Positions 36,501 through 51,500 of a DNA stretch of 64,000 nt are shown here, in pieces. Positions within the stretch are counted from its first letter, which is position 1, and each line of letters starts with the position of its first letter. The notes beneath the pieces are model-generated. The model did not search any database. It was not told the origin of the DNA and saw nothing but the letters and a program-made list of their open reading frames with translations. This DNA comes from Laetmonice hystrix (taxonomy: Eukaryota): the NCBI GenBank assembly GCA_965235115.1, contig OZ249436.1:29018001-29082000 (forward strand), in the 5' to 3' direction. The position numbers were made by a program, and so were the translations under genes.

Positions 36501-39500
36501 GGAACATAAAATCTTGTACAGCTGAAATAAGGAATCTAATTTGAAATTGTGGCATAGTGTGACAACAGTTTTATTGGTTATACAGTTTGGGTTACAGTAT
36601 AGTAGACTTTCTTTGCCGGAAAGGAGAAAAAAAATCGTCTGTAGTACAAGAGTAGGTAATTTATTTAGGTAACACGAGTAGGGTGAAGGTGATCCATGGG
36701 AACCACCCCTTTATCGGAACTTCATTAGTAGCCCAAGATTGAGTATGCTGGTAGGAGGGAGGTGTCATGTATTTGAACGCCGGCCGCAGGGTGGGGTATG
36801 GGGAGGGGGGCGTGTCCGGATCCCCCTCATCCCTCACCGAGCGTGATGACGCCTGCCAGCTCGGTCTGAGCCCCCCGTCCGACCACCCTGCTCACAAGTT
36901 GCTATCAGCTTTAATATGGAGCCAGCCCCATTGATCCACAGAGCAATGGCCCCGTCACGTCTGGTGGCGCCGGCCAGAGTAGTGGTTAGCATCTCAGTCA
37001 CGGAGATCGTCCTTTCCGACTCCCTCACTGAACCTTTTAGTAAGGACGGAAACGAGAACAAAAGGTCGCTGTCTACGGGGATAGTGAGAGGGCATCAGTG
37101 ACTGAGAATAGGGGAGCGTTGTGTGCGCGCCCCTTCTACGAATCATGTATTCAGAGGAAACTGTTAGGGAAGGATTAAGGGGGGAGGTTGGAAGCCTGAC
37201 CCGCCGGTCTACTGCTGCAGGTGGTTTTGTGTAGGTAGGCCAATACTGCAGCAGGAAACCTGAGCAACACCCCCCCCCCCCCCCATCTGTAATGATGTTC
37301 ACTTACTGAAGGAGGCTCCAGTCTACATGTACTTGGATCACATTGGCGTACTGTGACCCGAAGTAAAAAGCGATTACCGGTATGGTGTTCACTGGAAGCA
37401 ATTGTCACAGACTAGAGATGATCGGCTTTCAGTTGCCTTTGGCTGAGCTAGATCTTTTTGAGACCCGCTGCCCGAAGGCATGTCACAATGGTGGAAGAAT
37501 TACCTGAAATCGTGAGCATAGTGGTTCAGACAGGTGAAGGGTTAAAACCAATTTAATTTCAGTTGTGCAGTCAGAACAGGACAAAGTAATTTGTAATGTG
37601 ATATTTATTTAGTGCTAATGACGTGGGAAAAATCTTCCGTGTCTTTCCAGTAAGAATGTCATTAATTTTTCTTCATCATGCACTCCAATTTCACTCTCCC
37701 TCTTTTCTTTTCCTCCATACTGTCTTAGTGTCTTGCCTATAATCGGTGAACCTCCAGTCGCAATGCGTCAGTTGTTCTCATGAATACATCTCAGCCTCAC
37801 AACAGGTGATGTTTTTATTGACTGGTGTCTGCTCTACTGTCTCCTGGACAGATATCCATTGTGTCGCCCACTCCCCGGATGGTTGAGACTTAACCCCCCG
37901 TGACGACTGATTCAGAGATCCCGCTAAAGTTTAATTAAATGTGGGCGGTATGCCTCTCGGCTGGACTGGTATCTATAGGTCAACCGGACTAGCAATATTT
38001 GAAGTGTCCCCGGCTGTGGTATGCCGTATATCAGGGACATGATGGGGAGCCAGGAAATCCATTGTGGTAGGCTGGAAAGGTCGAATGATGTCAGCCAACA
38101 GACGGGTGGTACACCTGTAGCACACCTATACTCGGTGTGGCACATATCGTAGTGACTGAATCATTCTGCTGCAGACCACTCTGTGGGAAATGAAAATTAA
38201 TGAACGTATAATAGCGGCCTCTATAAAATACTTACCATGATTGCATTAGAATTAGTTATTCGTATTCTCATATGACTGTCTAGGAAAGAATCGCCTTGGG
38301 TCTTTGCTTATTCAAGGGAATTACATCACTACATGTACTTGCAATTCTCCTTAGCTGACCATTAAAAGGGGATTTAGGTAATTTAATAGTCTTAATGTCA
38401 CAGCCACACATTGGGCGTGGTCATGTTGTGTGAAAAACGAGTACACATGTGTATGCCCACCTTTCCCGTTTTGGGGGTACATCTTGTTACTATGTCATTT
38501 TCCCTTTTAAACGGTTGGATAGAGCACGACCAGACATTATTTTTACAGGTACAGTTACCAAACTTCTATACAAGTTTGGGAAATCTAAACGATAACTGTG
38601 TTGCTCCACTGGTTAAAATAAAAGGAAAGACTGTTCAGAAGCCGTAGCAAAAATGTTGGTAGTGTCAGTAGTGCTGAAAGGAAATGGAAATACCAGTAAT
38701 GTTTTGAATCCGTGCTCATCCAGATATTAAGAACTGTGAAAGCATATACCCGCTAATGCATGGGAAGTTGTCACAAAATTGATGAAAATATGTCTCATGA
38801 GAACTTGAGCAGAGAAGCTTGTGAGAAACATGAGATAATTAATAGTCAATTCAAATAACTACATTAATTTTAAGGAACCATGGGTGTTTTGTACACATGT
38901 AGTTCAAAACCATGAAGTATGACCACCATAAGGTAAAAACCTACCACAAAAGAATCTAATTAAAATATCACCGAAAAAGGAGGAATAAAATGGCTTCAGT
39001 GTCTCTAGTGTTGATGTTGATGGTTGAAGAAAAACGACAGTTTACCAGATCTAAGGAGAAAAATCTGCTCAGTAAGAGATGAACGGCCGGTTGGGCGGCC
39101 CGGCGGGCCACAGGCTCACGTGGTGGAAACACCAGCGAGTGAAGCAGGGATATTCTGATTGATTCGTCCCAGAAGGGACATCTCCGTCGACAAATTGGAA
39201 AGTGTTGCAACCAGAAGATGCTGGTGAGATAATGGGAAAAGTGACAGTGGCTGCCGCATTCCCGTCCGGCGCCGTCACCGCTTGGCGGCGCCATCACTGG
39301 CACCACTACCGGCCACTGAGGTAGGTGAATGTAACAAGGATGCGGCCAGTACTAGTGGTGTGAATCTGTATGGTGGTCTGGCTGTTGATGGAGGAGGGGG
39401 GGGGGTAAGTGTCGGAATCCCCCCCCCCCCACACACACACACACACATCTACCGTGGTGAGGTTTCCACTGCAGTCAGTGTTCCAGGAACAGGGAGGAGA

Positions 39501-42500
39501 TAGATACCAGAACAATCACTGGGCTCTGTGTAGTAAAGAGGAGATAGGCATCATGTGAATGTGATGGAGGAGGTCTAGTGGTGTCAAGTGTAAGACGGGA
39601 TGGTCGACAGCCGGTAGTGATGGATCATTGCCACACCTGCATGTGGCATTCAATATCTCAGAAACGATTAAATCTGTGTTTATTAAAGTTACCTTACGAC
39701 TGCAAGTAGGATGTCTTTCAATTTACTTCAATTTCTGATCGTGGCTGCTTTGTTAAAGCTACCCACGTAAAGAAATCGTTCCGTTTGGTATTTTCTGCAC
39801 AATTTTATGGTGATATTTTTCAAGAGGACTGTCTCTCACTGCCAAGCAATATTCCTTGAAATTGAAGACAGATGACGAATGCCCTCGGCATACTGGTATA
39901 AATGAGGAATCCGACCAAGGTAGATTGGGGGCTAAGAGATGGCCAGACGTTGTCAGCATTACTGATGCCAAGCCTCCTGGCACCACATCCAAGTGGCAGC
40001 AGTGCCGCCTCTACAATCCCCGTGTTTTCCATTGGACTCTCAGTCACAGTTGAGGAAACCATTAATATACTAATGGATGGCAAGCCTGAAGCTGACCCAA
40101 GACGGCCGCCGCCAAATTATATCAGCCTGCTGTCCAATGTAGCAGTAAAGTCACGTACGGTTGGACCCCCCCCCCCCCCGTTCTTTACTTCATCCAACCT
40201 CCCACACTCTGTCAAAATACTACAGCACCACCCAGACCTTGGTAGATACAATTTGTTCACAAACTTATATTGAGAGTAATCAGATAGACCCGGGACACTG
40301 TCCGTGGGCGGGCAGTAATCAGCAGAAGGCAGGTTTCCTCCAGTACAGGGAATTCGACCCAGATTTTGATTATCACTGGAGGAACAGTCTCTGCCAGGAT
40401 GATTCCACATCATAAAAGTCCAACAGGATGAGCACGAAAGTGATACTCCTGATTCACTGGATGACAGACTGAGATATTGGAGAAAGAAAAAAGTATTTTT
40501 TTATCAATTGGCACAGTTTATCAACATGTGAAGAAATCTTTCCAAGCAGCTTACCAAATGTAGATTGGTTGCTCAGTGAAATCATGTGGTTTGGTAGTGT
40601 TACTGGTGTGCATTTAACCCACAGGTTGAAATGGGAGTAATGTTGCTATGATCCCAGCCCAAGTCTTTTAAAGGTCTGCAGGATAAATGCGAGTAGTTAT
40701 TGCTGTGTTTCTGTAGCGCAGAATGGGATTGAAAATGAATGTGCCAGAGATCGATCTGTACATGTTTTCTCAGCTGCCTGCCAGGGGAGGGGGCCTGATA
40801 AAAAAAACTCTGCCCCCAGTTTGCGTGTGTATGGCAGATGGATGGTAAATATAGTTGTGTGATGGGAAAGCAGTGGACCAGGCACCAATGTACTCCGTTC
40901 GTGCTCCGACTCTGTAGCAGTCCAAACATGACAGCAGGCCCCGACTGCTTGCCGTAAATGACAAACGACATCTCATTCCAAAGCTCATTTCCCAGGCGGC
41001 CACGGTGCCTTTGATTGAGCCAATAGGGTGGTAGGGTCACGACCACGTGGGCAGACTCCGACCCACAGAGAAGGCAGATTGTTGGGGCGTGGATGGAAGA
41101 AAAGCTTAAAACTCCTGTTGTCATAAAACGCCACAATCTATACTATATAGAATTGATTGCATTCAAATAATATATATAAGTGACATGTGGAGTTAGCAAG
41201 TTATCTGAAAAGGGCCTCTGGACTTTTCTTTCATTCGCCGGAACCTTTATTGTTGACACTCTCACTGTGCTTGTGAAATAGAATATGTACCATTTATTAC
41301 TTTAGCAGGACGCCTGTCAGCATTAATTGTGCCATAATTATCAGTATGTAATAGAGCATACACGGGATTGTATTTTTTTCTGCCCATTATTTAATGGCTT
41401 GTCATTTTCCTAATTGCAGGGAGAAACTGCCCCTCATGCCTTCTGCCAAATTGGCAAGAACCTCAACAAAGGAATGGTAAGTTGTCTTTTTGTTTGAAAA
41501 ATTGAACATTGTAAAAATCTGTTGTAAGTTGTAAGTGTAACATTACTGGTTCGACTGGAAAATCTCAAATATTTTTTCTTTTTTTTCCAGTAGAGATCTA
41601 AGGATCAGAAGTAGCTGTAGAAAATTCTTATTTACATTAGAAGGATACTGTGTTTTTACCCTAAGAAATATGTGTGTCGTGTTAGTAGGTAGCCGCCCAT
41701 GTACATGTACCAAACAATTAGTATAGATTTAGCAAGCCTATCCCTGGGGACTTATTTGCCTGAAGTCGGACAGAAATCATGATACATGTAGTCATACTAA
41801 TCAAGTGTATGTTTAGAAACTTGCCACGGTGCTTGTAAATCTCAGGAGCATTAGTCAGAGCACTCAGTGAACTCATGTTATAATCTTTTGGTCAGACGGC
41901 TAGCCATTCCTCTTAGTGGGGGAAAAACTCTATTTGCATAGGCTCTGTGGTGCATGTACTGGAATTGCGTTAAGAGCAAGTGAAGCGGTGATTTCTGATA
42001 TAAAGTTACCATCCTCTGTTGGAGTTATTTGGGAGGATATTGGTATAGTGATGGATTGCTTTGATGACCACTGAACGGGCTTATCAACCAACTTAACATG
42101 GGAGACTTGAGTATAGAGACGAGACAGATAGACCTTTGAAACAGTTTTCCTGTCAAGATTTAGGCCAAGTAGCAGAGTCAAACACATATACCATGAAAAA
42201 GGACTGTTCAAAGAGTGTGCAAGCTTCAGAACTAGGCAAGTGTTTTTTCATGTACCTGGGATGCATTGGAATCTGTGAGCTGGGTGAAACCACTGGTCTG
42301 TTTGTGTGGCCAAGAATCAATGAGGACACTGACCAAATTGTGTATACCCAGTACCTCAAGAAGAGATCTGTATAGGTCACAGACACACAGTCAGGCAAGC
42401 TTGAGGGTTTCCTATGTTCTTTGTCGATGTAGGAAACAAAAATTGAAACAATAAATATCGTCTTTAGTTTCATTAACTTCTAAGTAGAAATATTCCTCTT

Positions 42501-45500
42501 CTCAAAGTGGTATAAAGAACCGAGACAGATGATAGGGAGGTTGTGTTCCAAGGTTCAAGGTGCTCTCATGTTGTACAGTATGGTAAATCTTTGCTAAGGC
42601 CTATTTGTCTGCTTTCAGGTGGGATCCGATGTTTTCTTGTGCTACAAAAAATCCATGGCCAAGGCCAACACTATAGCGTACAAACCAGGTCAGAAACTTT
42701 AATATGAGTGGATAACTTCCCCAGGAAGATATCACCATAACTTCTACTTTGTAATGAAGGGGTAGGATGTAGAAGCTTATAGTATTATGTAAAGATGATT
42801 AAGGGTGCCTCTGGAGTGCCTTATACAAATTTTATAATCTAATATTGTTTTAAAAATTGTTGTAAAATGAAAACATACAAATTTTATAATATATTGTTTT
42901 AAAAATTGTTCTAAAATGAAAACTACTTTACTCTGGTATAGCCTCTGAAGTTGTTCTATTTTCTTGTTATTAACATGAGATTTGGTAAAGTAGCTAACAT
43001 TTTCCCCTTTTCAACTGTGCAGCGACCTTGTTCCGGTGGCCCCAGGAAGACTACTCAAACTTTGAGTTCCCTGAGTCAGTGCCCATGTTCTGCCTCCCCT
43101 TGGGCGCCTCCATAGAGAGCTGGCCGGCCAAGGCCCAGCATCCTCTGCCAGTCTTCTCCACCTTTGTGTTGACAGGAGGGGTTGGAGAAAAGGTGAGCTG
43201 TCATATCTTGTAATAATCGTCATGGTTCATGTTGATGTATACGTGAAGGAATGGTGAGGAGGGAGGTGAGCATATGGTGTGTGCATTATGGATTGGAACT
43301 GTAAACAAATGCGGTTGAGCCGATCCGTGTTGTGAAACGGAGAAATAGTTTATGCTGATAGTGATATAGAAAGACTCTAGTATGTTTTGTGTCTCAGTTT
43401 GTCTGTCTAGAAGACATATTTATGTGTATAAGTTTAGATAAAAATTAGGGTAAATTCTTAGCCCTTCAGTCTGGTTTTATCAGTTAGAAGGCCATTAGGA
43501 TCTACTTTGGTCATACCTCAGACCGTAACGGTACTTGGAATATTTATGCATGGTGACGATACAAGACGAGTTCTCATCTGTTACTCAGGTATATGGAGCA
43601 GCAATTATGTTCTATGAGGAATACCCACGAGAAAAACTGACAGACGGACAAAAAACAGCACTGGGCATAACTATAGACGAAGCAGAGCCCGACAGTGTGG
43701 AGAAGACGATCCACCACAATAAGTGTATATGTGTCTTATCTCGTTGGCCCTTCTTTGACGCCTTCCACAAGTTTCTCCAGTATCTTTATAGGATATCGAT
43801 TTCAGGATCACACAGTGTGCCCATCGAAAGGTAATGGTCTGATTCAACTGTAAATGGTTTATTAGTAGACCGGTAATTGTAGCTCACAGCCAGTTCCCTG
43901 CAGTAGTCAGTCAGGGTAAAGATAGTGACTTCTGTCTGTTTTACCTGCCTGTTATTTTGTCAAGAGTCTGGTTGAGTAGGTTTCACAGATCTAAGGATTT
44001 TATGGACCGTTAATCTGAACTGGAATGAGTCTGCCATCAAAATGAATGTGACGGTAGAGCACACCATGCCATATTATATATTTTGTATTACCATGTCAGA
44101 TTTTGTTTGCGATATTTTTGGGGGTAGTCAATGCAAAAACTGGAATCGTTAGGTTTTGCTCATTTCATGCATGGCTCATTTGTTTGGTTGCCAGGCACAT
44201 ATCCCACTTCATGCTGGAGGTTCCCTTCCCCTCCCCGCAGCGACCTCGTATCCTTGTCCAGCTCGCACATGATTCCATCTGCATATCACGACCAGAAGAG
44301 ACTCCGCTACAGGAAAGGTTTGCATCTACGGTGTATTAACTTTGCTCTGAAAATCAAGAAATATGATATGTACTGGTACAGTGCTTGGATACGTATTCGA
44401 ATGGGTCTCGTTAGAATTGCTAACTGTGTTATCCTAATAGAGCACATAACTTCAGTCCCTATTTTTAGGAAGATTTCCAAATGACTTTCCACATAGAAAA
44501 AGAAACTCAGTAACCGTAATGGTTTTTAGGAGTTTTTGTAACACCGAATTCATTTAGTGTAACAGTTTTACAATGAAAAAGAGATCTCAGGCAAGGGCTC
44601 ATCCTTTTTCATGACCAATTACAAATGAATAGAAATCAAATTTTTATCAAATAAATTAACCTCTGAGTGTTTTCATTAATAAAAGGAAATTCTGCCTTCC
44701 ATTACGCATGGAACCTAAGCCCTGGTGGTGTGAAAAATTCCATGCCACAATTGATGATTAAGCCTAGAAAAAATTCAGTAAAGCCATTATTTGTCCAACT
44801 TATTTTTCATGTAGAATGAAAGAAAGACAGCACGATGATTGGTTTCCCATGTAAAATAATACTTGCATGACATGATGAATATCATGTGGCCTACATAAAG
44901 TGTAACTGTAAGCGTAAGATGCAACCTCAGATTGAACTCATTGTGCATAATTCAGTGCATGCTGTCACCTGGCTGTGAATCTTCACCTTGGTGGGATTCA
45001 TCTGTGGACATAAACGATGAGCAGATGGTTGATGTTATTGTGTTACAGCGGCGCCTCGTTCACGTTACTGCTGAAGAACCTGGGCCCAGAGAACTGCCTC
45101 AGCCTGCTCCTGTTTGGCCTCATGGAGCACAAGATCCTCATCCACTCGCTCAGGCCTGCCGTCCTTACCAGCGTCGCCGAGGCACTCACCAATGTAGGCC
45201 TCCATCTTTTGGCAGATACTTTAGAAAAGGATTGAAAAATTGTTGGGACATCCATGATTGTTATTTTAGCTCCAAGTCAGAAAGGAATGAAGATTGGTAT
45301 CATGACCCCAGGGCTCGAAATTTTGATTCGCAATAACTACTGAGTTATCCGGTTTGTAAAAGCAGTAATAGGAAATAATTTGCGACTAATCTCTTAATTT
45401 GATTCGTAATAGACTGATTTTGGCATGCAAATTGCGATGCGAACCTGGTTAATTCGAGCCCTGTGACCCTTTTTAGTAGTTTCTCGGGTACATCAAGACT

Positions 45501-48500
45501 TTTGAGTGACATGCCAGTGACATGATGTTGTTTTCCAGATGATCTTCCCATTCCACTGGCAGTGTCCATACATTCCCCTCTGTCCCCTTGGCTTGTCTGA
45601 GGTGCTCAATGCTCCATTTCCATTTATTGTAGGTGAGTCAAAATGGGTGCATGTTTTTTTTTATATGATTGCTAAAGATTTGCTTTGACCAGACAATTAG
45701 CAGGGACATAAACCTGTTGAGAACATTTTTATAATTGCTCATGTGTGGATTTCCATGTTGCGCTTTCTTTTTGTAGGAGTTGATTCACGCTATTTTGATC
45801 TCTACGATCCTCCACCAGATGTCACCTGCATCGACCTGGATACTAACACAACCTCCATGTAAGTGATCTATAAATAGTCACTAGCTTGAGCCAGGACTGC
45901 CCCGTCCACTGAGTAAAACTAATGCTAGAGCCGTATGCCTTATCAGTTATGGCAGTGTATAATAATAACCCAGGTGTACTCTATTTCATTGAAACAGTTC
46001 AGAGGAACGTAAAGGTACCCATCCAAAGATGTTACCAAAGAAGCCAGCCAAGGTGCTGCGTGCCACCCTGGACCGGCTCTTTGACCAGCTGTGTCAGGAA
46101 CCCTCTAACCCCGGCACACCGGTGGAAGTGGGGATGGACATGGCACCGTTAGACCATGACTTCAAGAGGAGACGAAATGAGGTAACATATTGAAGTAGAG
46201 TGTAATGGTCGTCGTCTTCCAGGTTCTCCAACTGTGAGAAACCAGTTTTGGAAGCCGGATTACTGTTGAGAAAATTTAGTCTTCCTGTAATATGAAAATT
46301 TCGAAATCAAACTCAAGCACCAACATATTTTAAAGGAACCTTGATGTTTATCTGAGGAAATGTGTTAGAGACTTTGAAATCAGTGTCCCAAGCTGTGGCG
46401 TTGTGTTGTGAGCTGATTATAGTGTTAATGTGTTGACTCTGTGCAGCTGCTGATGGAGACAGCTATCCGGGAGGCATTCCTCCGCTTCATGGCGTGTTGT
46501 CTGAAGGGCTACAACCAGTACCTGCTGCCCATCACTGCCGCCCCCACCACCGGTACCACTGACGTCAGCTCACTCTTTGATGTCAGCAGTAAGTACTCCG
46601 CCCCTATTTTCTTTCTCTCAGAACTTTGAAATCTTTCACATGATTAATGGTATGGTAGGATCTTATACCTCAGATGTACTTTCTAACGTTTACAAGGGTA
46701 TATTATTCTGTTGATTGGTACTGATCTATACTGTTTTCAGTTGTTTAAAAACTTATTCTACATGTCAGGGAGGAAAAAGTGCTGTCTAAAAAATATCCTC
46801 CAAAGAATTTTTTCTGTTGCTGCTAGGTTTCCTCAGGAGCCGTGATAAGACCTACCACAAGTTCTTCATGAAACTTATGAGCACCCAGCTGTTCTCGCGC
46901 TTCATTGAGGAGCGGAGTTTCGTTTCGGACAAGGATGCTAGCCTAGCCTTCTTTGATGAGTGTACAGAGAAGGTAGAAGATTATCGGGATGAGCCACGGC
47001 TCATTGAGCTGGACGACACAACTAAGAGTGAGCGCACAGTATTCATCATGCCACCCGAACCCGTCGGCCTGCCCCTTGGTGCTGTGTACTCGTACAGTGG
47101 CTTTCCCATACTTAACCAGGACATGTTCTTGCCCCGACCACGGCCATTGTTAACAACCCCAATGAAATCATCTGCTTGCCCTAGTAGTCCCATGACAAGG
47201 CGTACCAAGCAAGAGGTCAGGTCAGCTCAGAAGATTGCACAGAAACATGCAGGCACTCCAGTCTTATGGGCAAAGTGAGTAAATAAAATATGCTATTCTG
47301 GAAAGCCTTACTACTACTGCGATGTCCAATCTGCATAATGTTGATCAATCCCTATTAGTTCAAAGGTTGTGCTATGTATTGTTACTGACTTGATGCCTGA
47401 TGCTGACTTCAGGTGTCTGTTGGGTCACTGCTACAGTCTGTGGTTTATCCACCTTCCTGCCTACGTCAAGTCAGTCCATTCTAAGACCAAAGCCCTGAGA
47501 ACAGCCTTCGAGGTGCTCGTCAAGATGCAGAACGCAAAGCTCCAGCCTCCGGATGAAGTATGTTCACTCCATGTAGTTCTTGGGAATAAAGATCCAGGTC
47601 CGACTCATTGCTTGAGATAATGACTAGTAAAATATTGGAATCTGCCTAGTTATTGACAAAGTGGTACATTTATTTTAGGTATGTTACCGGGTGTTGATGC
47701 AGCTGTGTGGATTGTACCATCAGCCAGTCCTTGCAGTCAAGGTCCTCTTTGAAATGAAAAGAAATGGAGTCCATCCAAATGCCATCACCTACGGGTTCTA
47801 TAACAAGGTAGGATATATATGACTGTGGCTTACATACTATTAGTATTAGGATACTCCGTTTGCAAAGCCTAGCCTATTATATGGTTGAGATTATGTCATT
47901 GGTGGCTCTCTAATTAAGATAAATAAAAACAGTTAAACTAGGTTTAATTATGTGGTTAAGATTTTGAGAATTTGTAAGACTAAAAAATATACCTTTCATT
48001 GATCGTGTGAGGTCCTATCCCAACCTGGTGAAGGTAAGTTGTAATAAATTGGCATTGATTGTACAATGATGTTTGTCACACAGGCTGTATTGGAAAGTAA
48101 GTGGCCTTCGTCAGACACAAACGCATACCTGTTGTGGACAAAGCTGCGGAATGTGATCATGGCAGTTGCTCAGTTCCGCAAGGCACTGCGAAGGCGGCGC
48201 CTGTCAGTGTACTCCACCTCAGAAAGCGACTTTGACCGCATCAGTCGGACAAGCACAGATAGTTTTGTGGATGAAATTCAGCCTCTGGATAAGTTAGATG
48301 CTGCAAAGGTTACAGAGTTTGTGAATGACCTTGTCAGCGTTGAATCACCAAACATGGAAGAGCGAACCAGCACAGGTAGGTTTCAGGGATATGTATGGTA
48401 GCTTACTGAATTTTATCCTTATTCTTAACTAGGTTAGCAAGATTTATTTTGTAAACACAAGCACTTCCATAATAGAATAAGTCACGGCAAGCCTTGTGTG

Positions 48501-51500
48501 TACAGTCGGGCCTCGTTTATCCGAACAGCTTGGTGCCCATTAAAATGTGTTGGGATAGTGAAATATACAGATTACTGAATCATTTTAAATAGAAAATGGT
48601 AGAAGAGGTTGCCAGAAAGTTTGTTCAGATTGTGAGGTATACGGATTAAAGAAGCACAGATTAACGAGGTCTGACTGTATATCGTTAAGTTAGGTCAAGG
48701 TGTTGGCCCATTAAGGGTAGAGCTTGCCTGGTGATATAAGTTAGTCCAGTACCTTAGTGTTTTCCTTTGGCCCCAGGAGGTATGTCAGATCGAGGCTACA
48801 GCTCCATGACCCTGGAAGATGCCAAACGAGTGTCTCTGGTGATGGGCTCACAGGAGTCCATTGAGTCACTCACCAAGTTGATTGCACGCAACGGAGTTTC
48901 TGATCGACCACGGCCCATCGCAAAGATAACGGCAGCCAATCGCAAATATATGACAAGGAAGAAGGAGCGACAATCAAGTATGTGTTAGTCTCCTTGTTTG
49001 TTTTTTGTTTTTTCCCCATATATTCATGAACAGTAGCGACAATATTGAAAGCAAAATGGAGAGTAGTAAGAGCAGAATTATTATTATAGCATGTAGATCG
49101 GCTTTCCAGTCATGAAATGAGATCTCCATTAAATAGGCCTCTGAGGGACAACTCTGTAATATTGCACTGTGTTATTGGTACATTGACTTATCTCGAGCAG
49201 GTAAAGAAGTGGCCGTACCCTTCGCTATCATTGATCCAAAGACAGACGAAGCGTTCCATCAGCGTGTTGGCAGTATTGTACGGAAGTCTGCAGGGTCCGC
49301 AGGAAGTGGTAGTACCCTCCACAGTGGCAGCACCCGTAAGATTTACTCAACAGTACTGTGTGGAATGTCCTAAAAGTTGAAAATATTTAAATAGCGATAA
49401 TTGCTTCATGTTACCATACCAGAAGAGCTCAATGCTCTGTGCTGGGTGAATTGTATTGAAGTGTTTTTCACTTTTCTCCACTGTAATGTGATATTGGGTT
49501 CTCATTGTTTCAGTCGGGAGTTCTGCTGGCCTGCTGATGACAAGTCAGACATCCATAGATGAGGCCCTCTTTGCTGAGTTTGGCCTCAGTCACAGTTTAA
49601 ACTTTAGGGCAGCACATTCGAGTAGTGAGTTAAAACGTAAGCGGCACAAGAGTGCTGGTGATCATGTGAGGCGGAGGAGGGCTTTAAGTCTTCAAGATGA
49701 AGTCCTGCCCGAGGGTCAACAGGACAGTCGGGGTGAGGTCGTTGTGGAGAAGACAAAGGCTAGTGGCGACTCAGAACTTACGCCATGTACCACCACCACT
49801 GCAGTGTTACCAGGTCTGGCAGCAGGAGAAGTGTTGGAAGGAGTGGACAACAGAGTATCTGGTGAAAGGGTGAATGAAGTAGAGCGGACAGTCACTGAGG
49901 ACAACCCTCGGTCAGTAACATGTGTTAGTAGTAATAGTAGTACGGACCCTCCTTGTGTAAGGACTACAGAGACTGGAGATACTGTGCCCCCTGACATTGG
50001 GCAGGAGATCACACAAACTCCAGGGGAAGTTAGAGAAAATGGGGACGTAAGCAGTGACACATTGAAATCCGAACAGTTGCTAGACTTGGACAGTTCCAAG
50101 TTGGATTGCAGCACAGCTGATAGTACAGTAGTGTCCAGTGTGTTCAATGATTACGATGACAAACAGACGCCGACATCATCCAAAACATCCACTCCTTCTC
50201 ACAGTGCCAGGACACCAGTGACAGAAAACGACCCGCTTGGGTTGTTTAGTGCCGAGCAACAGTTCCAGTCCACACCTCCTGACCCATCCACAGTGACCAC
50301 GGTGAGTCACCTTGGTAGCTTAAGTAAAGACACCAATGACAGCGGGGTATCGAGTAACATGACCCAAAGCTCAGCCAACCGTTCCAACCTGCTCATAGAC
50401 TTTGAACCCTTCAGCACTCCAAAGAAAATGCCAGCACCCACCTTTTTGGTGGGGTCTTCACCGAACCGTCCTTCGCCAACTAAAGCACGGCTAGTCAAGT
50501 CTGCCAGCATGACATCAAGTGATGCGTCCAGTGCAAGCAGCCCTGCTGAGGAGTGGGCACCACTGTCCCAGTCCCAGTCCCAGACCCAGGTGGGGGGGCC
50601 AGAAACGTCCACCCCATCTACACCGACCTCAGATAACATGAAAACTGTGAGGACACCAGACAACACGGGACACCAGCTCGACCGAACGCCCAGCTTCGAG
50701 ACTCCAACTTCTGAATCTAGGCGAGGCAAAGCAGTTGGTCGCAGTGACTCTTTCGGCTTTAGCAATGCACTGCGATCAGCAGCTAGCCTGTTCTCCACCA
50801 AGTTCAATGAGATCAAGCAGTCGATGACGCCAGTCAAAGGGGAGCAGTTGACAAGCCAGACTAGCCTACCCAAACCTCATGAGATGGAGAAACTGCTATA
50901 TGAGGCTGAGGAAGACATGCTTCTGAGAAAGGCGGGGAGTCTTGACCACCTTGGGCGCAGTGGTACTGCCCCGTCCTCTGCTGAGGACCGGGCTGATGGT
51001 ACCTCGCTTGACGGACATCTGGACGGGACTCCCAGGATGCGGCAGCAGAACAGATACACACCTTTCGGTCAGTAACATCTGAACTGCTAGTGGTTGTCTG
51101 TGTGTGTATGACCTGTGAGAGTCTTCAGGGACAGCTGCAACAGTGTGTACCTGAGGAATTCTCAGTATATTTGGTTCTATTGGCCAAGGGCAAACAGCCT
51201 GAAATATTTGAGTGTTTGTGCAGGATAAGAGCAGTTTCCATCCTTTCAAGTCGAGACAAGTTGGCCAGTAGCTTTGTTTTGATGTGCATGAAGTGACTTG
51301 AAGTTTAAAGTAGATTTAATACAACATAGAATGTTGTGTGTTCAAAATTGTAAATTTGACGTTAGTAGTTTTAAGGTGTGGGCACTTATTTTCTGTTGTA
51401 TTGAATTTCTGTTTATGATAGTTATCAGTTAGAATATTTTGTTGTCAGGTGTGTCCAAACTATTTTTGTTGACCCCCATGTTATTCCCCCTCAAAGGATC

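Noticed and set aside
40600..41136. 178-aa minus-strand ORF in the second coding intron
   Set aside because: Non-ATG start and no recognisable domain
49716..50873. 143-aa and 188-aa minus-strand ORFs
   Set aside because: Antisense shadows of DENND4 exon 19
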